Below, piece by piece: positions 11,497 to 23,098 of a stretch of 64,000 nt of DNA; position 1 is the stretch's first letter, and every line of letters begins with the position of its first letter. This stretch comes from Azolla caroliniana. Taxonomy: Eukaryota; Plantae; Polypodiophyta. Position numbers and translations under genes: made by a program. The notes under the pieces were generated by a model. The model worked only from the letters and a program-made list of their open reading frames with translations, had not been told where the DNA came from and searched no databases. The DNA is taken from positions 13,268,001-13,332,000 of the forward strand of contig JBHGNT010000008.1 in assembly GCA_043228905.1 (NCBI GenBank), in the 5' to 3' direction.

Positions 11497-14400
11497 TTAC
11501 ATAGCAATCAATTCATCAACGTCATTTTCTTCATCATCTTGTGTAGAACTGTCTTCGGCTATACGTGCATTGGTTTCCCCTGTTAGCCGAGCCAACGAAA
11601 TATCTTCTATAAGCTCATCATCAAGCTCTATTAGCTCCACTGGTTCGCCGGCTAACGGAGGAATAGGCTCTCGCGAAGCAGGTTGAAACCTTTCTGTATT
11701 GGTGAGGTTCTTTGCACCGACCTCCTCATCCTGGTCTGGGCACTCCCACAAAGCCTTAATCCGCATATTAATAAATATAACTTGGTCCTCGTCCTTCTCC
11801 AATGCAACTGTATTTCTAAACAGCTTCAATGCACATGCTGACGTAGTTCCTGTGATGTAAGTAACAAGAAGATTTAGTTGTCAAACGAAAAAAAAGTGAT
11901 TGGTTATCTCAAGATCGTTACCCTAGTTCGAGGAATACCTGTGCCAGAAAAGAGATCTAATATCCAGTCTCCTTCGACAGAAAACATCTCGATCAAGCGC
12001 ATCATAAGTCATTGAGGTTTTTGGTATGGGTTGACAAGTCCCCGTTCTGTCGTGGTGACATGTCGCAATTTCCGAGTCACTGCTGGATATACCAACAGAT
12101 TTGAACCTCCCACTTCATTAGAATGCTCTTTGATTCTCTGTTTCTTAATTTCATCGAAGTAGCCAACCGTTATGTATTCAATGGCATTAACGAACCGAAA
12201 AGTTGGCCCTCTATTTACATTGGTCTTAATCCTATAAAAAATAATACATCGAGTTAAGAATAGATTCAACAACCTTAAGAAATGCAATATAGTGAAAGAC
12301 ACCTATAAATAATCCTTACCATGCAAGGTTCTCGATGCCATGGCAACGAGATCTCAAAGCTTGAGCTACCGAGTACCCTTGGTCCATACTATGAAAGACA
12401 ACTATTCGCCACAAGGATGCGGACATTAGCTCAGCGAAATCCTTGACCATCTTCTCCAATTGTTTAAACCTAAACGGTTCATCGTCGTATGATGACCCAG
12501 CCATTCGAAATCCGTAAGGAATGTCCGCAATCATTAGCGTATATTCCTTCTTTGGCACCTTCTGGATCAAGTCGATGACATCACCGCAAACCACATTGTA
12601 GTAAAGATCTCTTGTAATATCTTTTTTGTGGCTAAATTTTTTAAAGGAGCCATCTTCCTCCATTTCGTACGCCTTGACTAAGCGACGATCCTTTTCTTTT
12701 CTGGCTCGTTCGAGATGTGCAAGGAAGGATGTAGGGAAATCGTGTATATCCTTAACTTCTCCTTGTTTCTTGCCTCGACACGGTTTCTAATAGAAGCAAT
12801 AGGACATCAGGTATTATTATACAAGCTCTACATATGAGGAAAGGGTAATGAAAAAACATGAATACTAACCCAATCCTTGAATGCAATAAAATACTCTGAT
12901 AACGCCTTATACGAAGACGTTAGAGGATAATCCTCGGTCACTTGTTCCCAAGTTATACATCCAAGTTGTTTCATCATAACTTCTTGGATCTTCATGTACA
13001 CCTTATGACTGTAAAATTAGAAATCAAGATTAGAACTTTGAATTACACTAGATAGACTACAATTTCAGTATTTGAGGGACTTACTTATCGAACTCAGTGA
13101 CCATTTCTTCAAGGCTTAAATCTTTCGCCACAACCCTTGACAAAACCGACACAAGAAGCTGCTCGTCCTTAATACCTTGCATCACTCTCCATAGAGACAG
13201 CTTCATGTCATCTGCCGCTTCTTCAATTGTCAAGTCAATTTTCTTGGCGGCTTGTGACTTTAACTCTAGTTGAGGGTCAACCCTACATTTCTTTTGTCGT
13301 TGACCCTTTACCTCCTTATTCTCCCACATTGAGAAGATTTGATCTTGTAGGTCCCATACTTCTCCATCTCTAAACGCCAATTGAAACCAAGACTCATACT
13401 TTCGAAGACCATCGGACCTAACATTATCATCTACCACAATGCCGACTTCATGCAGACATTGACGTCGAAGGCCTGGATGTAACTTCACACCAAACTTTTG
13501 TTTCACATCTAAATACTCGTGGTGGAAGAACCGTATACACTCAATGGACGACATTTTCTGCCTATAGTCATTATCATTATTATGGTCCCATGCCAACAGC
13601 TTAGCCTCTTCGGTTGTGAGCCCAACATAAATTTTGCACTCGGCATACTTGAAGAAGAAAGTGGTTGGATGTTCTCTCACAAGTTGCCGACGTGCCTCTG
13701 TTGAATGCGATCCACCAATGACAAAATAATTATATTGATCATGTTTTCTAATATCAAAATCTTGAATGGTTTCACATTCTTCAGGATCTACCATAACAAT
13801 AAAAGGCACCATAGTGGCATGAGGATTAATTTTCATTTTTTTCTTGAGATTTTGAACATGCATGCGGTGAGGCTCTCTAATCTCAAGTGGTCTTCGACCT
13901 GTTTTTTCATCAATAGGGGGCCGATGGATGTGTGTTATAGGCAAATTAAATACTTGCCCTTTCCTGACCAGCTTCCGTTGCATTAACTCTCTCCTTATTT
14001 TATTCTGCTCGGATGACAAAACACTCGAGGCCAGCTCAGCTCCTGGCGTCCCCTTATTATCCTCCTCTTCGTTTTCACTTGTTGAATCCGTATCCGACAT
14101 TTTCGTTGTCTTCTTCTTTGCTGGTCTTGACTGGACTTTGGAAACCTTTTTTGTTGGCTTCAATGGGGAGGGCACTTCATCTCTTAGAGTTACATGGCCT
14201 TGTATATAAGGCCTCAAGGTAACAATAAGGTTTTGTGAGCTATCAAGTGCTTTTTTGAACACTTCTGGCCCACAAGATTCTTTTACTAAAAGGTCTTCTG
14301 AAAGGCACACTTTACGTACCCCCTTGGAGCACTCTATCATTACCAGTATGTTGGCCGAATCTGCATCTTCGTAGTCAAATCGTAGAATACGGCCATACAT

Positions 14401-15683
14401 AAATGGGGTTTCCTTTCCAAGTTGCCCCTCACCCTTCTTCTTTGCTGTATACAATACGACTTTTTTCTTTGAGTCGACATATTGCATACACCATTCCTTG
14501 TCCGTTAGATCTCGGTCAGGAAGGTCTTCACCTCCAGTAGCGGCGACAAGTTTCTTTTGGCTAACATCACTATGTGGCTGAGATTTTGTCTCTTCGTTAA
14601 AGAGAAGCTTTTTTCCTCTCTTCATGGTCTCAAGAGCTACCTTGGTCTGGGCTTCGATTGGAGAACCTTGTATGCGAAGCTTTATTTTCTTCACCGGTCG
14701 GTCCGACAGGTTTTCAAACGACCTATTTAAGAAAGTATATGCAAAAACATAAGTTAGGTAGTCACATAGATTAAGGTTGTATATTAACATGAAGAACAGT
14801 TCCCAGGAGCAGTCCTATATGCAAAAATCTATTATAGGCAGGGCTATTCAACCTAGAAAATATATATCGTAATAAGTAAAAAGGGTTATATATTCTTTTA
14901 AATAGTAGGTATGACTTATATAGATTCCAAACCTATATTGACGAGAATTTGCTATCATAAAGGCAATTTGTGGATCATTTTCTACTATTTTAAGCTAAAG
15001 TAGGTCATAAAACACCTATAATTAGAGCATGTTTTTATTTAAAAGTAAGGAAAGCCAACATAAAAAGACTGATTTTGCCAGACAATTTGATATCTTTTCC
15101 ATCCCAAAATTATTTGTTACCCCAAAAATACAATTTTTCTCTCTCAAAGCCTTCTTATATACAGGAACTCGATACGGCGTATCGAGTTCCTATTTAAAAC
15201 CTACACTTTAAACAGGAACTCGATACGGAGTATCGAGTTCCTATTTGAAACCTACACTTTAAACAAGAACTCGATACGCCGTATCGAGTTCGTGTTTAAA
15301 GTGTAGGTTTTAAACACGAACTCGATACGCCGTATCGAGTTCCTGTTTAAAATCCAAACGTTAAACACGAACTCGATACGGCGTATCGAGTTCCTGTTTA
15401 AAACCTACACATTAAACAGGAACTCGATACGCCGTATCGAGTTCCTGTTTAAAACCTACACTTTAAACATGAACTCGATACGGCGTATCGAGTTCTTGTA
15501 TAAAAAGCAAAATTAAATTATGAACTCGATACGCCGTATCGAGTTCATGTATAAATATTTGTATTGTATACATGAACTCGATACGGGGTATCGAGTTCTT
15601 GAGAAACGAAACATATTTACAAAAATGTCCACAGTGTCAGAGGCCTACCTGGAGTCCTCGCGCTCGATTCTCTTTGAAGACAT
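11497..15683 (-). pseudogene. Six-exon gene: ParB/Srx-like domain fused to a beta-class N6A/N4C DNA methyltransferase (one premature stop)
   Basis: Exons 15683-15649, 14722-13085, 13008-12870, 12786-12320, 12231-11939, 11849-11497; all introns GT-AG and phase-consistent, total 2925 nt. Motifs: VIGGSHSTEA...LAWDHN (ParB-like); CGDVIDLI, IADIPY, AWIK, NPYQKP, ILDLFSGTGTT, ALKLFRNTVALE (MTase). In-frame TGA at 12011-12009. Confidence 0.88.
15165..15598. repeat. Array of nine 25-bp palindromes GAACTCGATACG(G/C)CGTATCGAGTTC at 51-bp period, in intron 1
   Basis: Starts at 15165, 15216, 15267, 15318, 15369, 15420, 15471, 15522, 15574; only copies 2 and 9 have a single substitution. Confidence 0.97.
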
Positions 15684-15808
15684 GTTTGATCGTGTGGAAG
15701 TGGAGGCGGAGATTGCGCTTTCGTGCTTTGTGCTCTGTGTTCTCTCTACGTTCTGTGTGCTCTATACGCTCTGTACGCTCTGGTGAGTGAAATATGACGA
15801 GGTCTTCC

Positions 15809-15816
15809 TATTTATA
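15809..15816 (-). promoter_or_regulatory. TATA box of the ParB-MTase gene
   Basis: CCCTATAAATAGG on minus, ~125 bp upstream of the ATG at 15683; several CCAATGA motifs at 16040-16215. Confidence 0.65.
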
Positions 15817-16499
15817 GGGATTGAACACATTGGTTAAAGTAACCATAGTCACCTTAACCAAGGTTGGTAACTTTGAGGATAGTTAGTTGGTAACCATAGT
15901 CACATTAACTAGAGAAACTTATGATTGTATTAATGATTACAAAGTCAAACTACCATATTGATCAATCTTTTATAGTCATAACAACCTACAATGACTTCAA
16001 AGGTTATGAATGAGACAATGATAGAGGTTCATGAATGTACCAATGATTGATTACTAAAACCAACAATTTTTATGACTCTCAAATGTTGTGTATTAAAGAT
16101 GTGGGCATAAATTAACCAATGATTGATAAGTCTAATATTTAAAATGGTGAGCATTAAAGAACCAATGAGTGAGACGTTCTATATCAAAATGGGTGCCACT
16201 AATTAGCCAATGATTTTAACATTAATCCAACATATTCATGGCTTGTTAATGATTAGTTTTATATTTTACTTGATTTAACTATATATAGATCTAGTTTATA
16301 TAATAATTGATATTTTAAGTACAATTACTTTATTAAAAATAATTTTTTGATGTATTGTATTAATAGAATATTACATAATATAGACATTCTATTGATTTGG
16401 CTTTTGTTTAGAGAGAAGTTTATGTTTAGAGAGGAGCTTATTAGTTTTTTTCTTTCCCCTAAGCCCATAACTTAGAGAGCCCTATCTAGACCTTAAGCC

Positions 16500-16920
16500 A
16501 TGAGTGAAGATTCACCGTTCTCGATTGAAGAATATTGTTTGTCATAAGACCCATCGTTTTCTACTGAAGAGTATTGTTTGTCATCAGAGTCACCATATTC
16601 GATTGAAGAATATTGTCTGTCGACCGACTCACCATATTCTATCGAAGAATATTGTCTGAGCTCATCTACAGGGAATGTAAATAATGACACATGTGAAGAG
16701 TTCTCTATTGAAGAATACGATATTAATAAAGATACCGAGAATGAAGGAAGTGCCCAAGAAACATTGAATAACATTGGCGATGGTCACAACAAAGAATTAG
16801 ACTGTAACAAGGTTACACCAACCTCTATGCAGGAAGAGAAATCTGGGAGCCCTATGCATATTAGAAGAATCCCACGAAGAATTCGTCTAGCTAGATTTAG
16901 CTTGGTGACATCAGATAAAC
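16500..16920 (+). pseudogene. Truncated divergent ORF with 13-aa acidic repeats (SPYSIEEYCLS)
   Basis: ATG at 16500, four 39-bp repeat units, in-frame TAA at 16545; ends where chromovirus pol resumes at 16921. Confidence 0.55.
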
Positions 16921-19201
16921 ATCGATTTACAACCAGGAACCGAGCCACCATGGGGACCAATTTACAACTTGTCACCCACCGAGTTAGAAGTCCTTCGAGC
17001 CTACATAGAGGAGAACTTGGCAAGCGGGTTCATCCGTCATTCGAAATCTCCGGCCGGTGCACCCATCTTCTTTGTCAAGAAGAAAGATGGCTCACTTCGT
17101 CTCGTCGTTGATTACCGCGGATTGAATAAGGTCACCATCCGGAATAGGTATGCACTTCCTCTTATATCAAGTCTTTTAGAGCGAGTTAATGGTGCCAAGT
17201 TTTTTACCAAAATTGATCTACGAGGAGCGTATAACCTCGTGCGGATCCGACCGGGAGATGAATGGAAGACTGCCTTTCGCACGCGGTATGGGCATTTCGA
17301 GTATACTGTTATGCCGTTCAGCCTAACCGCGCGAATTCGATATTGCGGAAATCAACTACGAAATACATGACAAGGAGTTATTAGCCATCGTGGATTCATT
17401 TGTGCAATGGCGGCATTTCTTAGAGGGCTCTCCACATCAGGTCGTTGTCTTTAGTGATCTTAAAAATCTTGCTTATTTCCAGAACGCTCGCGTACTAAAT
17501 CGATGGCAAGCTCGGTGGGCGCAATTCCTCACGCGGTTCGACTTCAAAATCACATATCGACCGGGGAAGCAACAAGGAAAAGCAGATGCACGATCACGAC
17601 ATTCGTATCTTGCACCTCGTCCTGGTGATCCAACATTTGATAATCAAAAGCAAGTAATCTTGGGACCAACATGATTGCACACGATGCGGATTTTTCACAC
17701 CCCGATGGATTCACGGATTACCGATGACATACGTGCAAACTTGAAGATGGATAGTTTTGCTCAAGACATCCTGGCGCACATTGATACTTCTCGGGTATCC
17801 TGTTCTCAGTCTCAACAACCAGGTATTGACTACCGACAATTCGAATATCATGATGGTTTGTTATTCTTTAAAAAGCGCGTATATGTCCCCGATTGCTCCT
17901 GTCACCTTCAAATCGTCCAGCATTGTCACGACACCCATACGGCAGGACATTTTGGTAGTACTAAGACGTTGGAGCTAGTGCAACGATCTTTTTGGTGGCC
18001 CCACATGCGCCGTTTTGTCGACAACTACGTTCAGACCTGTGATGCTTGCTGCCGAGCAAAGATGCCACGACACCATCCATATGGCTTGTTGGAACCCTTA
18101 CCGATTCCAAGTAAGCCGTGGCAGTCTATTTGTCTTGATTTTATCACAGATCTGCTGGTCTCGCAGGGGTTCGATGCTATCTTAACCGTCGTCGATCGAT
18201 ATACGAAGATGGCACATTTTGTTCTGTGTACGAAGGCCATCACTAGCGAGGAAACCGCCGCCCTAGTCATGCGTGAGGTATTTCGGCATCATGGCCTCCC
18301 AGACAGTATCATCAGTGACCGAGGACCGCAATTTGTCTCCAAATTTTGGCAGCATCTCTTCAAGATGCTCAAGGTCTCTTGCAACCTCTCCTCCGGCTAC
18401 CATCCTCAGACCGATGGGCAGGCAAAACGAACAAACCAAACACTGGAGCAATATCTCCGGTGTTTCCTAAGTTATCAACAGGATGATTGGGCCAAGATTC
18501 TCCACTTTGCGGAGTTTGCGTATAATAATGTTGTTCACTCCTTGACTCGAGTCTCCCCATTCTACACTTATACCGGTTCTCATCCTCGCTGGTCGGTGAT
18601 CGACACCCCGGAGCTACCTACCAATCCTCGTGTCGGGGATCATTTGGAGAGACTACGCAAGATCCAGACAGATCTCTCGACTCATCTTCGTCATGCTCAA
18701 CAGACACAAAAGACTTACGTGGATCTTCATCGGCTTCCCTCCTCTTTTGCCATCGGAGATCGAGTATGGCTCTTACGTCGTCACATCAAGACTACTCGAC
18801 CGTGCGACAAGTTGGATTATTGACGACTCGGTCCTTTCCGTATTACGGGTAAAGTTAATGATGTCACATTTCGCCTTGATCTCCCTCCGCAGCTTCAGAT
18901 ACATCCGGTTTTCCATTGTTCTCTTCTTGAACCTTATAAAGCAAACACCATTCCCGATCGTGTTACACCACCGCCGCCCCCGCTGGAGTTGGACGTCGAC
19001 CCGGAGTATGAAGTTGCTGCCATCCTCGATTCCAAACTTATTAGCAACAAACTTTATTATTTGGTCGATTGGGTTGGTTATAGTTCGAGCGAACGCACTT
19101 GGGAACCCGTCGAGCATGTTGCCAATGCTCAGGATCTGCTTGCTGATTTCCACCGAAAGTATCCGGACAAACCTGGTCCGCAGTCTTTAAGGGGGAGATA
19201 G
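16921..19201 (+). pseudogene. Chromovirus pol: partial RT, RNase H, integrase, chromodomain
   Basis: [34 protein letters not shown]; RT core deleted at ~17330; CHDT...GHFG...CDAC, LDFITDL, SDRGPQF; chromodomain EYEVAAILDS...YLVDWVGY...TWEP. Confidence 0.93.
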
Positions 19202-20099
19202 TGTCATGATATGGCAAGACTCGAACCCATGACCTTATGGTATATGGGTCGAGCTCTTAAACATCACACCATCTATTGTAATTCATAAGATATTATTTTC
19301 ATTTATGTTTTATTATAAGAAAATAATGTATATTCCAGATTTCTCTGGAACATTCTAGAAGTTTCAGGATTACTCCTGACAACACTATAAAAGAAGGCAC
19401 TAGGCATTATGTTGAACCAAATTGGTTCAACGCCAGTCTTAAGCCTCTCAGCCGCTTTGTACTTATCTTTTCACATAATATATTAGCTGCTGTCATCATT
19501 TTTCTCTCTCTCCTCTTCTCACTTCCTCTCTCGGGAATCTTATGCAGTCCCGTCCTCTTAGTACTAATAGTACTACTCTTCTTAGTACTAATTCCATCTC
19601 TGCTTTAGTACTATTCCTGACATTTGTTTAGCTTTTTTTTTTGTGGGAAAATCAAATATTTGAAAAACTAATTTATGAAAAAACTCAAATATTTGAACTT
19701 CTATTTCAAACGTAGTGGAACTTGGGGAATAACACCATCATCTAAGGTCGACTTCAATGTCATCAATTTCCTGTTTAGCCTAAGTTGGATTTTTAACGCA
19801 GATGGAGTACTCAGAGCACGAACGCAGACGTAGCTCCCGCAACAGTAGAAAATCGACATTGCAGATTGAGAGCTACAACACAGAACCCGCTCGATCATCG
19901 TCCAGGTATGTTTCAGTTACAGAAACCCCAAACATTTGTTTTTTCTTTTTGACTACTATCTGAACTTTGGTGTCGATTCATATTTCCCCGAAACCGAATA
20001 GGCCGAAGTCCTTGGAGTCCCATACAAGGATGTCTCGCAGATCGGGGAGTAGCAGCAGGTGTGTTTATATTACTTTTTTTGTGTTTAATCCTGTCTTTA

Positions 20100-20515
20100 G
20101 TGATGATTGGGGTTTGTGATTGAAATTTCTGATTAGGGTTTTTGATTATAAATTTTTTATTAGAATTTTGGAATAGGGTTTTTGGTTACAAATTTTGATT
20201 CCAGATTAGAATTTCTTAATAGGGTTTTTGTTTATAAATTTCTGTTTAGGATTTCTAATTAGGGTTTGTGATTGAAATTTCTGATTAGGGTTTTTTATTA
20301 TAAATTGCTTATTAGAATTTCTGAATAGGGTTTCTGGTTACAAACTTCTGATTACAGATTTTGATTAGGGTTTCTGATTTCAAACTTCTAATTACAGATT
20401 TTGATTAGGGTTTCTGATTTCAAATTTCTTAATACAAATTATGATTAGGGTTTCTGATTTGCTAAGTTAAAGATTTTGCACTATTTCTGTTGTTGTTGAT
20501 TGGGGTTTCTGATTC
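20100..20515 (+). repeat. Degenerate TAGGGTTT (telobox-like) intron minisatellite
   Basis: About ten (AT)TAGGGTTT(CTGATT)-type units inside the intron 20059-20565. Confidence 0.75.
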
Positions 20516-21911
20516 TAACATATTCTGATTTTGCACTATTTCTGATTTCTAAAATGATATTTCAGATGGCTCGTTCCTCCGTATCCGAGAGTGCTAAACT
20601 TCGCAAAATTTTGCGAGACAAAGGAGGACTTCCACAACACCTATGGTCTGTCACTCGAGGGTGTTGACCCTGCTGTCCTAAGTGATAAATTGATCAGTGA
20701 TGTAGACTGGATGACAGTATATACAGTGCCTAGGGTCAAAGGCAAGGTCAAGTTGAAGCATGTACGAGCCGACTTGTACGATGACTGCATGAGGCTGCAC
20801 CAGAAAGTTCATGAAGAGATCCCAGTCAACAATGAGTTGTTAGTTTCATTGGCTAGAGCATTTGCATATGAGTACTGCAAAACATCGAAGGAATCCAGGG
20901 ACCCTCAAATGTATAGGGTAGCTTGGGCAGTCTATGGTGAGGCATCGGTAAAAAGATGCCGAAAGATGGGAACCTTGGCACAAAAAATAGACAAATTTTG
21001 GAGCATGGCAACTGTTGATGCAACTGCCGACTCCCAGCAAGACCAGGGGCATACACCACACCGACACCCAAGGAAAGCCAATGTCGATGATACAGGTGAG
21101 ACATTGGTTAGCTATATGCTAAAAAATATCGATGAAGCCTGTGAGACATTGGCATTTTTTAAGACTGATTTAGAGAAAGCCACAATGGCTTCTGCAATGG
21201 AGAGCAAAGTTACTTCTGTTGTTACAACGATTACAAATAAGATTCAAGTAACTATTGTTTTGTTGGTATGTGATTGTGTTATAAATAACTTTTAAGGGTA
21301 AAATGTGCTAATCAAGCATTATCTGGAATAGGTTGCGCAACAAGAGCTTGAATTAGAGGGGCCATTGAATCCCTAGCGTAAAATACAACTGCAAATAGAG
21401 ATCCAGGTTCTTTCAATGAACCTGGACCTTCTAGGTGTAAATATTGTTGCAGATTACAATTTGGAAAAGCTTCAAGTAAGTTAACGATTCCTGAGCAAAG
21501 TTGGTGTATCTTTCAACAACAGGAATAATTAATCGGTAAATTTCTTTGTTGCGTTGAAGGAACAATACATTCATCAAGAACAGGTAGTTAGCTGCCTTAA
21601 GAAGCAGCTACATTTTGTGGAGGGAATGGTAACGACCAGACAGGATTTGGACCTGAACATTCTTGCTCCCTTACCAAATAAAGGAGAACTAGAAAATGAT
21701 TTATTGACAGTTCAAGCACGTTGCATCGCTTGCGGGTTAGGTGTGGAGGACAAAACTACGTCTTTGTTGGTTCACCTACAACCATGCAACCACACATACC
21801 ATCATCTGCTTTGTTTTCAACATGCCTGTCGAATTGGTGCATTCTGTTTGGGAGATTGCAATACAGCTCTACCAAATGAGTGGAGAAAACTAACAGGTAT
21901 ACCATACTGTA

Positions 21912-23098
21912 GCTAATAAGCTTAGTCTTTTCTAATTAGCTAAGCCATAAAAAGTATGGAAACTATTTTGCTGCTATCGTTGTAGCTAATTAGCTACTAC
22001 CATAGTTGATTAAAGCAGCTAATCGCTATCCTATTAGTTAATTAGCTACTGCCATAGTTTACTACAATAGTTAATTAGCTAAGTGGCAACTAGTTAGCTA
22101 CTAGCTAATTAGCTATCCTACTGACAGCTAATTAGCTACTAGCAGCTAGTTAGGTACTAGCTAATTAGCTACTCATAGCTAATTAGCTAGCACCATAGTT
22201 GTGTAAAGTAGCTAATTAGCTATCCTACTAGCTAATTAGTTATTGGCAGCTAATGAGCTACTACCTAATTAGCTATCCTAGTAGCTAATTAGCTAGTACC
22301 ATAGTGTGTAAAAAAGCTAATTAGCTATCCTACTAGCAAATTAGCTACTAGCAACTAATTAGCTATCCTAATAGCTAATTAGCTACTAGGATAGCTAATT
22401 AGCTACTGCCATAGTTGTGTAAAGTAGCTAATAAGTTATCCTAGTAGCTAATTAGCTACTGGCAGCTAATTAGCTATCTTAGTAGCTAATTAGCTATGGT
22501 ACTAGCTAATTAGCTAGTACCATAGTTGTGTAAAAAAGCTAATTAGCTATCCTACTAGCTAATTAGCTACTGCCATAGTTGTGTAAAGTAGCTAATAAGC
22601 TATCCTAGTAGCTAATAAGCCATCCTAGCTACTACATAGTTGAGAAAGTAGCTAATTAGCTATCATTGTAGCTAATTAGCTATCCTAGTAGCTAATAAGC
22701 TATCCTAGCTACTACATAGTTGAGAAAGTAGCTAATTAGCTATCCTAGCTACTACCATAGTTAGTAAAGTAGCTAATTAGTTATCCTAGCTACTACCATA
22801 GTTGAGTAAAGTAGCTAATTAGCTACCATAGTAGCTAATTAGCTACCCTAGCTACTACCATAGTTGAGTAAAGTAGCTAATTAGCTATCGTACTAGCTAA
22901 TTAGCTATCCTAGCTTCTACAATAGTTTAGTAAAGTACCTAATTAGCTATCCTAGCTACTACCATAGTTGAGTAAAGTAGCTAATTAGCTATCGTACTAG
23001 CTAATTAGCTATCCTAATTAGCTATCATACTAGCTAATTAGCTATCCTAGCTTCTACAATAGTTTAGTAAAGTAGCTAATTAGCTATCCTAAATAGCT
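21912..23098. repeat. Dense intronic array of the palindrome TAGCTAATTAGCTA
   Basis: Dozens of copies mixed with CCATAGTTG(T/A)GTAAAG units, inside intron 21897-23113. Confidence 0.95.

Larger units (their letters stand above)
8770..19622 (+). mobile_element. Ty3/gypsy chromovirus (Tcn1-like), internally deleted, with a 6.5-kb internal cargo
   Basis: LTRs 8770-9189 and 19202-19622 (TGTCA...TGACA, highly similar); TSD TTTGT at 8765-8769 and 19623-19627; PPT TTAAGGGGGAGATAG; order gag-PR-RT-RH-INT-chromodomain. Confidence 0.95.

Noticed and set aside
14723-14790. N-terminus of the 569-aa ORF (MLIYNL...)
   Set aside because: Lies in intron 1; an AG acceptor at 14724-14723 joins in phase to the exon at 15683-15649.
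15165-15598. CRISPR array
   Set aside because: Most spacers are copies or inversions of one another, there are no cas genes, and the array is in a spliceosomal intron.
10451-16920. Canonical Helitron or bacterial contamination
   Set aside because: No TC/CTRR ends at the junctions and no Rep-helicase; five GT-AG introns and a TATA box argue against bacterial DNA.
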